From NCBI RefSeq assembly GCF_006345805.1, contig NC_043000.1, positions 127,410,001 to 127,474,000 of the forward strand: a DNA stretch of 64,000 bases, in the 5' to 3' direction. Positions 39,129-52,203 of this stretch are shown here, piece by piece. The stretch's first letter is position 1, and the number at the start of each line of letters is the position of its first letter. The position numbers and the translations under genes are program-made. Source of the stretch: Octopus sinensis. Lineage: Eukaryota. The notes below the pieces were generated by a model. That model saw nothing but the letters and a program-made list of their open reading frames with translations. It was not told where the DNA came from and ran no database searches.

Positions 39129-41439
39129 CTTCAAAACAAAAATAAATAGAAACAAGATCAGATAAATAAGAGTTTCGTTTTTCATTTTAATTAGCTAGGC
39201 GGCTAATTATAACATCAGTGATTGTTCAATCACTGCCTTCCTATATCAGTAGTGATGGATTTTGTCTTAGCATGTGGTAGCCAGTGAGTACATGCTACTG
39301 ACAAAGCACAAAGAAGCAGAAATATGTGTTTAGAACTCTCAATGCCACAGCTGAATGACGATCATGCTACTCATACATTTGTATTTTTAAACACAGTACA
39401 TTCGTAAGGGATATTATCTCAAAATGAAAACTGCAAATTAATTTGCCTTTCACAATATATTTGCATTAAGCATTAAATATGATATTGTGATATACATATT
39501 GTGATCGTTACCAGGGCCACGGATTGGCTCCCATGCCAGTGGCACATAAAAAGCACCATTCAAGTGTGATCATTGCTAGTAGTGACACGTGAAAAACAAC
39601 ATTCGAGCGTGGTCATTGTCAGTGCTGCCTGACTGGCCCTCATGCTGGTGGCACGTAAAAGCACCCATTACATTCCCAGAGAGGTTGGCGTTAGGAAGGG
39701 CATCCAGCTGTAGAAACATTGCCAGATCAGATTGAGCCTGGTGCAGCCTTCTGGCTCACCAGTCCTAAGTCAAACTGTCCAACCCATACCAGCATGGAAA
39801 TCAGGCATTAAACGTCGATGATGATGATGATTAGATACATAGCTTCTGTTGCACATAATACATTTTTATTCAGTCAGGTAGCTAACTGCAACATCAGTAA
39901 TTTTTTTAATCACTGTTTTCCTATATCAGTAGTGAAAAATTTTGTCTTAGCATGCAGTTGGCAGTGGGTGTGTGCAACTGACAAAGCCCAATGAAGCAGA
40001 AATGCACATCTGGCATTCTTACAACTACTGCTGTATGAATTTTGTTTACTACTGGTATATTTGTGTTTTTAAACATGGTATTTCCATAAGAGCTGTAATC
40101 TCTGAATGAACACCTCAGATAATTTGCTTTTCATGATGTATTTGCATTAAGTATGATACAGAGATGACTATTTTATTTTCAGTTTCATAAAAATAGGGTT
40201 GTATTCAAAGCTTGCAAGAACTCTGATACTAAATCCTGATACCTGATACTGTAAGCCTGATACTGTTGTTTAGACCCAAGTCAGTCCTGACTGAGCCGTA
40301 GAGCACTGAACTGAATGCCCTGTGGTAGTTTTCCTAAGTCCCTTCACTCTGAGTTCTAACCTCAGGGTCAATTTTGCATTTCATTCTTTCATTCATCCAT
40401 CATCGTTTTAACATCCACTTTTCCATTCTTGCACAGAGTTTATTAAGGCAGATTCTTCTACAGCTAGATGCTGTTCCTGTCACCAACACTCATCTGTTTC
40501 CAGACAAAGTAATATTTCTTCATGGCTAGACATGTTTTCACAGAATATTGGAAATGAATGACACTGCTTGTATAACATTGATTATTTACAGCCATCATAT
40601 GATGCCATGACAAGGAAAGACACACACACACACATTTCTGAGACAATAAAAAATACCAATTTTGATTGGTGAAACAGTATGATGAGTACCAGTATACTGG
40701 GTATTTTTTCATGGTACTAGTATTGGTGAAGTCACCATGTAAATTACAAGCCTAAGATCACTTTCAACTGAGTGGGATTACAGTAGAGAGGGAGGCAGCT
40801 TCATACTAGGTGATGAAAGGTTAAAGTATGAAGGAAGAAGCTAGAACAGGTCTCTTGCTGCAGAGGAGACAGATAGCTACTCAATTATACAAGAGTTAGT
40901 GAGAGTAGTTAGTGTAAAGCAGGGGAAAAAGAGATAAAGATAAAGGTGACAAGATGACAGGGTGGGCCCTAGACAGAAGAAAAAGAAGGAAGGATATGTA
41001 GCAGTTGCAAGGTTGTATGGTAAGAGTGAGATATAGTTTCAGATGAGTAAATATAGAAACTGATGAACAAGGATGTAGTAAGTTCTCCTAAGTTTCCACT
41101 CAGTTTCCATGGGATGTAAGTGACTAAGATCACATCATTCCTTCTGAATAGCAAGTTAGTCCATTGCAGTGGTTCTCATTTACAGTTGAGTGGACTGGAG
41201 CAATAGGAAATGAAGTGGTTTCCTCAAAAACACAACACAGTTTTGCAATAGGGGATGCACACCCAAGCCATTAGGCCATGTAGCTTCACACAAGGGTGTT
41301 AATTATGTGAGTGAATGGAAGAGAAGAGATAGAGAGTAAGTAAAGGGAAGAAAAAGAAAGAAATATATACGCCAGATAAATGATTTTTTTGATGCGTGAT
41401 CAGTTGTATATATATTTCTTTCTACTATAGGTATAAAGT

Positions 41440-41740
41440 GGAGGCACATGGCCTAGTGGTTAGAGCAGCAGACTCGCAGTTGAGAGATCACGGGTTTGAA
41501 TCTCAGACCGGGCGATGCGTGCGTTTATGAGCAAAAATACCTAAGCTCCACATGGCTCTGGCAGAAAGTAATGGCGAACTTCTGCTGACTCTTTCACCAC
41601 AACTTTCTCTCACTCTTTCCTCTTGCATCTTGCAGCTCACCTGCGATGGACCGGCGTCCCATCCATGTGGGGAACCGATACACCAAAGAAACCGGGAAAC
41701 CGGCCCTATGAGCCAGGCGTGGCTCGAGAAGGAACAAACA
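41440..41740 (+). mobile_element. tRNA-derived SINE (family C); copies at about 37652-37950, 45066-45362, 56930-57087 (-), and a variant at 54488-54735
   Basis: GGAGGCACATGGCCTAGTGGTTAGAGC A box, GGTTTGAATCTC B box, and shared body. Confidence 0.85.
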
Positions 41741-41963
41741 TAGGTATAAAACTAAAATTTTGTAGGGTGGGGGTAGTTGATTACATCGACCCCCAGTGCT
41801 CAACTGGTATTTATTTTATCAATCCTGAAAAGATGAAAGGCAAAGTTGACATCAGCAGTATTTGAACTTAGAATGTAAAGACAGACGAAATGCCCAGTAT
41901 GCTAACAATTCTGCCATCTCGCTGCCTTGATCAGTTTGTTATATATTAAAACAATAAATTTAC

Positions 41964-42101
41964 CTTTAGCTTAGTTTTAGTCTTGTTAACAGTCTCATTT
42001 ATCTGGGGAGCTTCATAACCGGGTATAAGTCGTAGTAACTGAATACTAGATTCATGGAAATCCTTCCAAAGAACATCACCAGGGTTGCCATCAAAAAACT
42101 T
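41964..42101 (-). CDS. SYNE1: Nesprin-1-like exon (46 codons, phase 0-0): KFFDGNPGDVLWKDF...KTKTKLK
   Basis: Acceptor tttttctcacgCAG and donor AAG|GTAAAT. Confidence 0.88.
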
Positions 42102-43599
42102 CTGCGTGAGAAAAAGAAAATAAAAGAATAAAACAATGATTTTGTTAATATTGGTTTCAAATTTTGGCAAAAGGCCAGCAATCTTGGGGGGGGGGGTAAG
42201 TCGGTTATACTGACCCCAGTGTTCAACCGATATTTATTTTATAAACTTCAAAAGGATGAAAGGCAAAATCAACTTTGGTGGGATTTGAACTCAGAACATA
42301 GAGACAGACAAAATGCCACTAAGTATTTTGCCTGGCATGTCAACCATTCTGTCAATTCATCACCTTAATGATTTTGTTAATATTACCAACTTGACAAATT
42401 ATGATGTAATCATGTATAGAGTATAACAGTGTAGTGGCTGTATGGTCAAGCATGCATTGCTTTTGTTACGGAATCTTACAAGACATTTGACTAAACAAAC
42501 ACTTTACTCTCAGTCTTACTAATGTGTCAGACTGTAGAAGAAAGCAGATTGTTGTTATTGCTGTTTAACCCCAATCAGCCTTGATCACAAACTTTTAATC
42601 ATGAAAAACATTCCAGCCACAACCATTCCATCTTTTTCTTTTCAGGCAAAGTATACTCTGAACTACATTATCTAATACATCCTTCTTTTAAAAATGTAGG
42701 GTTATTTTAAAGGATTCTTTTAAACATTTGGCTGCTATTTCTAGTACATAGAATGACCACAAATGAACTCCTTCAGGGTGAATTCCTCTGCTGATATATT
42801 TTGCAGTTGTCATTGTTAAGCCCCAGGTCAGCCTTGATTGATGAAACTCCTGATAAAAGGCATTCCAATCTTCACTATTTCATTCCTTTTTCCATTTTTT
42901 TTCCCCAGACACAATATATCTAGAACCACTTTATCAAATGAGTCCTTTCCCAATTTTTTCTAAGATATGATATATAAAGGCCAATTTAACAGCTATTTCA
43001 AGCAGGCTGAGCAACTATGTAGTGGGTCAAGCCCTCACTGGTTCTCACACCATTCAGTATTTAGAGAAGAACTATTAAAAAGACAAAAAAAAAAAAAACA
43101 ATCTGTGTTAGGGAAAAAGCATCTATCTGTTAAATTCTTGCTTCAACAACCAATGCAAACATTTCTATTTAGAGCTTTTTAGGGAATTCTAAACCAATAA
43201 ATCACTTGTTCCTTCTATATGGTATTGAGTTCTTTCCAAGATATTTAGTTACTAAACAAGATCAACAGGTGGAAAAGCACAGATAATTGACAGCTCTCAC
43301 AGATGTTTTATGAAAAAGAAAACTAAAGCTCACAGCCCATGCAATGGCTTATTTTCCTTATCTATCTTCCTGTGCTTGCAATGATAAAATGGTTTGAGCA
43401 AATGTAAATGGTTTTTATATATGTACGCCATTCTTATCATTAATCATTCAATTGTGAAGTAAGAGCAGAACTTGTTTTTTTATTTCTTGTTCTGCCAGTA
43501 CACTAAACAAAGACGGATATAAGTATTAGAAGCATAACACAATAAATAACAGCAGTAAGATTTCAATTTATGCTATCGTACTCTAACCTCTCATCACCT

Positions 43600-44210
43600 G
43601 GCACAAAGCCACCTCCTTCAATACCACTGGTATCACATAAAAAGCACCCAGTCCACTCTGTAGAGTGTTTGGTGTTAGCAAAGGCATGCAGCTATAAAAA
43701 AAACCATGCCAAAGCAGACCTTGCCAGTTCTGATCCCACAGAAAAAGCACCCACTATACTCAGTGAAGTGGCTGGCATTAGGAAGGGCATCCAGCCATAA
43801 AAACCATACCAAAGCAGATTTTGCCAGTGCTGGTGCCATGTAAAAAGTAACCAGTTCAATCTGTAAAGTGGCTGGTATCAGGAAGGGCATCCAGCCATTA
43901 AAAACCATACCAAAGCAGATTTTGCCAATGCTAGTGCCATGTAAAAAGCAACAAGTTTACTCTGTAAAGTAGCTGGCATTAGGAAGGGCATCCAGCTATA
44001 AAAAAAAAAAAACTTTGCTTGTTCTGGTACCACATAAAAAGCACCCAGTTCACTTTGTAAAGTGATTGGCATTAGGAAGAGCATCCAACCATAAAAACCA
44101 TGCCAAAACAGACAGTGAAGCTTGGTGCAGTCCTCTGACTTGCCAGCTCCTGTCAAACAATCTAGCCCATGTCAGCATGGAAGACAAACATTAAATGGTG
44201 ATGATGATTA
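43600..44210 (+). repeat. Family B element with about 5 tandem ~120-bp internal units
   Basis: The TAAAAAGCACCC..GGCATTAGGAAGGGCATCCAGC..AAAACCATRCCAAAGCAGA block is repeated. Confidence 0.75.
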
Positions 44211-44295
44211 AGGTCAGAAGTCCAAACCTATCACCAAATTCACTGGGAATTGAAGTATGTAAATTTTAAAAAATAAAGGAGATTGATTTAAAAAC

Positions 44296-44463
44296 CTTAT
44301 GCTTTTTAATTAGATCAGGAATGTCATCATCAGAGTCTGCAAGGACTTCTCGAGCTTGCTCTATCCAATCATCCATTTGTTGATATCGCTGGCAATATAA
44401 CTGCCAAAGTTGAAAGGCTTCTTCAAGTTTCTTTTCACTCTCACTTGCTGAGCTATTCAAAGT
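44296..44463 (-). CDS. SYNE1: Nesprin-1-like exon (56 codons, phase 0-0): TLNSSASESEKKLEEAFQLWQLY...DLIKKHK
   Basis: Acceptor gttattaCAG. The donor AAG|GTTTTT is weak but falls at the same HK position as the neighbouring exons. Confidence 0.85.
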
Positions 44464-45917
44464 CTGTAATAACACAAACAAGAAATTTAACAGAAATATT
44501 CAAAAAAGTGGACACAGATAGATGAAAGTGAAACTTATCGAAAAATACATTCAACTTATTGAGTGATCTTAGAAATATAATTTGTTTTTTATTAATAAAG
44601 TTGTAGAAGCTGCTCTCTAAAGTTGGAATGTAAGTTTGTTTGAAGTTATTTATTGTGCCTCAAGTGTAACAACTTCAAAAATACTATATTGTTGAACAGA
44701 TATGGTATGTGAAGATAATTTAAGGTTAGAATAAACAAGTACAGAACCATATGCATACAACTTCATGTAATTATATAAGTACATACACACACACAAAAAA
44801 TATAGACACATACAAATACATATAAATATACAAACACGCACACACACACACACACACAAACATACATACATAACCACATATGCATCGTGTATGACAGTAC
44901 TCATGTAAATGGTTATGTGTAAATATTTATGTACAATATCTGGGATTGCCATATACACCCCAATTTCACACAAACTATGTCCATCAGATGAAAGAATGAA
45001 CTAACTTTTCCCCAACTAATATCTCCAGTTACTAGTTATGAAGATATATATATATGTGTGTGTGTGGAGGCACATGGCCTAGTGTATAGAGCAGCGGACT
45101 CATGGTCGAGGGATCGCGGCTTCGAATCTCAGACCAGGCGATGTGTGTGTTTATGAGCAAAACTCCTAAGCTCGACACGGCTCCGGCAGAAGGTAATGGT
45201 GAATTTCTGCAGACTCTTTCACCACAACTTTCTCTCACTCTTTCCTCGTGCATCTTGCAGCTCACCTGCGATGGACCGGTGTCCCGTCCAGGTGGGGAAC
45301 CTATACGCCAAGGAAACCAGAAACCAGCCCTTATGAGCCAGACATGGCTCGAGAAGGAGCAAGATATATATATGTACTGAAAAATATTCCAGAGTCATTA
45401 TTTTAATCTACCTATTCAGTGAATTATTTTCACATCAAAACTATAAAATCTTCCACTTATTCTGTGGTCATTTAGCTATCAGTTGATTATATTTTTCTAA
45501 AGATGTCCAATAATATAGAAACATGTCTGGAGTTGTTCACAAAGCTACCAAAAATCTGACTCACTACTCTATCATATTGCATGTCTCAGTTTCTTTTTTT
45601 TTTTATTGAAATTTCACAAGTTAAAATTACCAGCCATTTTGACAGTTATTTTCATTAAAATGAACAAATTTTTCTTGTCATTACAGTTATAACTTCCATG
45701 AATTCAAAAATATATTTGGTATTCTGTATTAAGCATGGCAGCAAGCACTTATCTATATTCTTCATAGAGAAGAATACCCTCGGGAAATTTTCCAATATCA
45801 CTATTTTAAATAAGAGGAAACACAGATGATGTTTCTCTCCACACACACACACACAGAGACACCCACATACACCCACATGTATACACACACAGATACATAG
45901 ATACATGTACACATACA

Positions 45918-45949
<32 letters not shown>

Positions 45950-47125
45950 ATATATGGCTCACCTGAAGCACTGAGATATTGGAAAATAAGTATTTAATAA
46001 GTATCTGAGAAGACATTACAATGCAAATGAAACTAAAAAATAGCTCCTTATATATCAAGTAAGATACCTGTTGATGTCAGAAAAAAGTAAACAGAATTGC
46101 CTACAGGAATTGAACCAGATATCTGTTGCATTATGGATGGTCATGATTAACCATTATACCAAAATGATTGAATACGTCTTGACCATCAAAATTACAAGCA
46201 TTAAATGGACAAGCTAGAAAGTAAACACTTTTTTAAAATTTTTAAATAAATATTTAAGAAACTGCTACAATGAATTTGTAAGTAATAGTTCTTATATTTC
46301 AATAGCTTAGATATTTATTTTCAAATTTCACAATGCTTCAAGGCAAACTAAATAAAAATATTTAATTTCAAGCTTGGCCAGTGAAAGCTTCTGATTTTGA
46401 TGGTTGACAGTTGTCAGTTTGCTTAGGTGTAATGGTTCTGACAGTCATCTTACATACAATATCTACATGATTTGAATTCCATTGGTGAGTCACTTCACTT
46501 TTTTTTCTATCAAGGGATGTCTTATCAATATAATACATGAGTTTTGTGTGTGTGGGGTGGGGGTAAAAAAGAATCACCGAATAATATTTCTCTTTTTTCA
46601 AGGAAAAGTTTGACATTTACTTCAAGATCCCACCTCTCTAAATCTACCTCAAACACATACACAAAAACTAAATATGTGACACTGAATGATATTAAAGAAG
46701 TTGTTAAAACATAGTCGTCAATTCATGCATTAATAATAGATGAGCATTTGTGTGTAGGTGTAGGAGTGAGAGAAAGAGAGAGGGTGAAAGAGAGAGAGTG
46801 AAAGAGAGAATAAAACAGGAATGTGAAAAATTCTTTTGGCATTATTTATTCACCATTATTATTTCATTTTCTGAAAAATTTCTAAAATTTCTTACATGTT
46901 TACCCAACATGTACAATTTTGTGATACCTATTAGCAAATGAAACATGTGTAACGGTGAATAAATTATACGAAAAACATTTTCTGAGTTCCTGTTTTGCTA
47001 TATAATAACTCAACAAGCAAATGTTTCCAGAATGTTCAACTCTAATATGTACCTCACATTAATACATCAACAATACCATCTGTGCTTCAAGAGGACACGG
47101 ACTGGATTATAACCCTACCTACATA

Positions 47126-47165
<40 letters not shown>

Positions 47166-47316
47166 GAATGTACAAACCCAAACAGTTTCTATTACCTTCA
47201 GCAATATGAAGAAATGTGATACATCAAACAGGTTTCTATAAGTGACTTAGTTTAACTATAAAGAAAAATAGTTATTTTTAAAATCTCCCTAACTACAACA
47301 ATAAAAACAATCCTAC

Positions 47317-47466
47317 CTGAAATCTCACAGTGGTTGTCTGTAACAGTATTTGAGGAGGTTCAAAATCCACAACTTTTAATTTACTCTTATGAGAAGCCAT
47401 TTTATGTAACAATTTTCCTTTGCTTTCCAACACAGATTTTTGGTTTTCAGTTTGTGAGAAATGCTC
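47317..47466 (-). CDS. SYNE1: Nesprin-1-like exon (50 codons, phase 0-0): EHFSQTENQKSVLESKGKLLHK...TTTVRFQ
   Basis: Not in the ORF track. Acceptor cttttcaCAG and donor CAG|GTAGGA; fills the missing helix B/C of the repeat between flanking exons. Confidence 0.82.
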
Positions 47467-47719
47467 CTGTGAAAAGATTTTATCAAATCTATTTATGGTT
47501 TATCTGAGGATATGATCATGGAGAGTACAAACTGAAACAGAAGTGGATCTAACAACACAGGAGTTTTAAAATGGATACAATGATTATCAGGGTTCAAGTG
47601 GTCAAAACTGCTTGTGTTGAGAATAATATACAAAATTCATAAAACTTCAAGGTCTTAGAGGAAATATAAGAGAGGAAAGAGAAATACATTCAGCAAGCGC
47701 AACTGAGACCATAACCTTG

Positions 47720-48300
47720 TGGCCTATTCCAGGGGTGTAACCAGTCCATTTATGTGTGCCTTTCCTTCATTGGACACTAAACTCTGCTTGCGAAGACCTG
47801 TTGAGGCAAGTGAAATCGAAATCAAATTCGATGACTGGCATCTGTGCTAGTGGAGCGCTAAGAGTACCATATGAGTGAGATCGTTGCCAGAGCAACAAGC
47901 TGGCCTCCGTGCTGATGGTACGTTAAAAACACCATTCGAGCATGATTGTTACCTGCATTGCCTTTCTAGCACTTGTGCCGTTGGCACGGGAAAAAACATT
48001 CGAGCGAAGTCGTTGCCAGTGCCGCTGGACTGGCTCCTGTGTAGGTGGCACATAAAAAGCACCATTTAAGCGTGGCCATTGCCAGTACTGTCTGACTGGC
48101 CCTTGTGCCGGTGGCACGTAAAAGCACCCACTACACTCTCGGAGTGGCTGGCATTAGGAAGGGCATCCAGCTGTAGATGGATGCCCTTCTGATCTGCCAG
48201 ATCAGATTGGAGTCTGGTGCAGCCATCTGGTTTGCCAAACCTGTCAAATCCTCAAACCCATGCTAGCATGGAAAGCGGACGTTAAACGATGATGATGATG
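47720..48300 (+). mobile_element. (GAT)n-tailed SINE/non-autonomous retroelement (family B) with internal ~55-60-bp subrepeats
   Basis: AGGAAGGGCATCCAGCTGTAG block and CATGCTAGCATGGAAAGCGGACGTTAAACGATGATG tail. Other copies at about 770-1200, 8670-8845, 12075-12350, 20625-21195, 21400-21740, 25345-25630, 33545-33790, 39510-39830, 53445-53760, 56595-56925 and 60855-61265. Confidence 0.8.
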
Positions 48301-49775
48301 AAAGTTTACATTTAGTTTCCATATAGCTCAAGAGGATTCAATGGATCATAGGCCCACATCTTGTTAGAAAAATGATTTCTATGGCTGGATGTCATTCTTA
48401 ATACCAATCTAAAGCTATATTCATATAATTTTCTGTTTTAAAGTTTGATATTATGTTATTTAGCCCCAGGTCATCCCAAATTTAGCAGATTTATGATCTA
48501 AAACTTCAACCATGAATATCTACTATATCTTTAGCATTATATATAATGCTGATTTCAAATTTTGGCACAAGGCCAGCAATTTCAGGGGAGGGAAATAGTC
48601 AATTACATTGACTCAAGTACACAAGTGGTACTTATTTTATACACCCTAAAAGGATGAAAGGCAAAGTTGACCTTGGTGGAATTTGAACTCAGAACATAAG
48701 AACAGATGAAATGCCACAAAGCATTTTGCCCAGCATGCTAACGTTTCTGCCAGCTTGCTTCTTTATATCCAATATTACAAATATTATACAGCACAGCATG
48801 AACTTAAGATAGTAGGGTGTAATTTGAAGGAATTTGAAGGAAATTTGGCATTTATTTCTTGCAGGCCAAGATACCATGTAGGTACACTTTTTGTTGTTTC
48901 CTTTTTAAAAGATGTTTTGTTGTTTAGTACCAGGTCACCTCAGGCCAACAAAACATATGATCAAAAAATTTCGGAAATAACCAATTCATCTTCATTTTTT
49001 TATCTTTTCCGATTAAAGTGTACTCCAGTTCTTTTATTGCTGTAGTTGTGGTTTGGAAACTTGGTTGCTATTTCTAGCAGGTCAGGTCAGGCAACTATGT
49101 AGAAGGCTTTTGCTGGTCAGTTTTGTTTTTCTTTTTTTTCTTTTTCTTAGGTGTAATTTGTGATTATGCTAATTGTTCTGAAGCAAAAAGGGATTTTAAA
49201 CATTCTATAACCAAAGGGAAAGTTTACAAAAATAAACAAGAGACGAAGGCAGGTGGAGTACAAACAAACAAATGTATTAGTATAGGAACAGAAAAAGTCT
49301 TTTACATTTCGAGCCTACGATCTGCAACAGAAAAATACACAGAAAAAAACAAGGAGAGAAAAAAATGCATGTAGGAGCTAACGATGATCTATTATGGCGT
49401 CCTGATGTGGTGAATAGTGACACTGGTGTCTGTAATAATAATGACAAAAACACAGAAATGACAAAATGATCAGGAAGATATATCATCATCATCATCACCA
49501 TTATCATTATTATCATCATTTAGCATCCATTTTCCATGCTGGTATAGGTTGGACAGTTCTACAGAAACTGGAAAGGACAGCACTAAGTCCTATTGCTCAT
49601 CCTAATACCAACAACTTTAGAGTAGACTGGGTGCTTTTTACATGACACCAGCACAATTGAGATCACCAAGTAGCTCACAAGACAAAGACACTTCAACTGA
49701 GGGTGTGTAGTACTGATGGGGGTAGCTAAGTGTCTGGTAATGAATGGTTAAAGTATAATAGAAAGACAGGAATAA

Positions 49776-50010
49776 GGTGGTGAGCTGGCAGAAATGTTAG
49801 CACGCCAGGTGAAATGCTTAGTGGTATTTCGTCTGCCATTACGTTCTGAGTTCAAATTCCGCCGAGGTCGACTTTGCCTTTCATCCTTTCGGGGTCGATA
49901 AATTAAGTACCAGTTATGCACTGGAGTTGATGTAATCGACTTAATCCGTTTGTCTGTCCTTGTTTGTCCCCTCTATGTTTAGCCCCTTGTGGGCAATAAA
50001 GAAATAAGAA
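49776..50010 (+). mobile_element. SINE family D; about 10 further copies, clustered at 57590-59190
   Basis: GGTGGTGAGCTGGCAGAA head, GAGTTCAAATTCC B-box-like motif, and AATAAAGAAATAAGAAA tail. Confidence 0.8.
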
Positions 50011-50824
50011 AGACAGGAACAAGTTCTTGCAGCAGAGGAGATACATGGCTATCCCTGTTGGAAACTTGTTTGCTAAATCAGTTAGATATCAGACCAATAT
50101 CTAACTGTGAAAATGAATTCCAAAAATTGCATTCCTGTTTAATTTTCTATGTTCTTCAGTACACATCAGTTTAGTATTCTTTCTAAAAATTGAAATTGTA
50201 TATTTTAATGTAAAAGTTGTGTTTATGACAGGTATTTAGGATAGTGTCCTAAAGGTACCAAATCTAATTCTGATTGATAAAATATGATAGGATAGAAACA
50301 GGTGCCTTCCTGTAAGGGAAATACAAAGTTACCCCAGTTGAAAAAAGAAAATGGTTGGAAAGATATAATGCGTGATGTATCAATGATATGAGTTAATGTC
50401 ATCAACAAGTAATATCAATACATATGAAAAAACCCACAAAGAAATCAATATCATTATTCGTGTTTAATATCCATAAATATGATTCATATTTAATATCAAG
50501 AGATATCATTCATGTTAAATATTTACAGAAGTAGACTATTGAATATTAGTTTGTCCCTCATAAAAAAAAAATAAATATCAATGCTAAGCAGAAATTACAG
50601 AGATTAACATGACTAACTATACTGCTTCCTTTCTTTGTATTATATTCTTACATTAAGTCTTTTATTGGCTGAATTCTATTGAATTGAAGATGACAAGATA
50701 AACTGTATGACACCATCTTGTTTTCTTCGGTTCCTTTTTGTACTAATCACTTGTAAGTCATCATTCAAATTTATCGGAAATCTCTTCATATCAAAGCTAC
50801 AAGAGTGAAAAAAATTACAATTAC

Positions 50825-51148
50825 CTTATGAGCCTCGAGCCAATTTTCCACTTTATCAAAGTTTTCATTTAATTCGTGCTCTTGAATCAGAGATTCTCCA
50901 ATGTCTAACCAAGCATTTATTGCAGTCATTCCATGTTCAAATGATTCTATATTTGGTAAAAGTATTTTCACATATTTTATTTTCTCAGCTATTGATTTTT
51001 TGTTGGACTTAAAAGTTTCAGTGTATTTTTTCAATGTTTCCAAAATTTGGTCGACTGATTCTCTGGGACTTGTTTTAGCAAGTGAATGACCAGTCCTGTT
51101 GGTAGATTTCAGCTTATGTTCCATGTTAGTGACTTCTTTGCTGGACAC
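50825..51148 (-). CDS. SYNE1: Nesprin-1-like exon (108 codons, phase 0-0): VSSKEVTNMEHKLK...VENWLEAHK
   Basis: Acceptor ttgcaaCAG and donor AAG|GTAATT; open frame in the ORF track. Confidence 0.9.
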
Positions 51149-51212
51149 CTGTTGCAACAAAAATAACACAATTTAAAAAAAAAAAGAGCAAGATCATCAG
51201 GAAGTGTTATAA

Positions 51213-51623
51213 GCATGGGAGGGGCTGTGTGGTAAGTAGTTTGCTTACAAACCACATGGTTCCAGGTTCAGTCCCACTTGCGTGGCACTTTGGGCAAGTG
51301 TCTTCTACTATAGCCCCGGGCTGCCCAAAGCATTGTGAGTGGATTTGGTAGATGGAAACTGAAAGAAGCCCATCATATATATGTATATATATACATGTGT
51401 GTGTGTGTATATGTTTGTGTGTCTGTGTTTGTCTCCACAACATCACTTGACAACTGATGCTGGCGTGTTTACATCCCCGTAACTTAGCAGTTCAGCAAAA
51501 GAGACCGATAGAATAAGTACTAGGCTTACAAAGAATAAGTCCTGAGGTTGATTTGCTCAACTAAAGGCGGTGCTCCAGCATGACCACAGTCAAACGACTG
51601 AAACAAGTAAAAGAGTAAAAGAG
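51213..51623 (+). mobile_element. SINE family A copy
   Basis: Same organisation; GAGTAAAAGAG tail. Confidence 0.85.
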
Positions 51624-51982
51624 AATGTTTGCACTATATTTCTATTAAAATACTGCTTTTGTTTCAATTAATTTTGGAAATAATTAAGATTTTAGTGAAA
51701 TAACTATCATTATTAACCCTTTTCTGTTGAAATATACTATTGCCTTTGTTTCAATTAATTTTGGAAATATTGAAGAATTATGTGCAACAGCTGTCATTAT
51801 CAAGCTGGTGTTTGGAACATAAATTAACATGAAATTTTGATTAAAGATTTTAATTTAGATTACTTTAAAACAGGAAGGATGTACTAGTGAATTAGTGGTA
51901 GTCTCAGCAAGGTTAGTATCAAAAGGGTTAAGAAGAATATAATTAACATATTTTTGAAGACATACTCAAAGTGTTTCCTTAA

Positions 51983-52203
51983 CCCTTTTGATACCAACCC
52001 GGCTGAAACCGGCTCTGGCTCTGAGTACAAATGTCTTGTTTTCATAAGTTTTTAATTAAAATCTTCCACCAAACCTTAGTCAAAATTCATGTTCCTAACA
52101 CTAGCTGAATGATAATTAAGTTACTTTACTGAATTCTTTGTTATATTTAAAATTAATCGAAAGAAACACTGAGCATCTCAAAATAAATACAGTAACGAAA
52201 GGG
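51983..52203 (+). mobile_element. piggyBac-type MITE (221 bp); relatives at about 51717-51927, 34020-34229 and 26010-26233
   Basis: TTAA at 51979-82 and 52204-07; TIRs CCCTTTTGATAC / GTAACGAAAGGG. Confidence 0.8.

Noticed and set aside
41440-41512. tRNA-like sequences at SINE heads
   Set aside because: They continue into SINE bodies and lack a full cloverleaf, so they are not tRNA genes.
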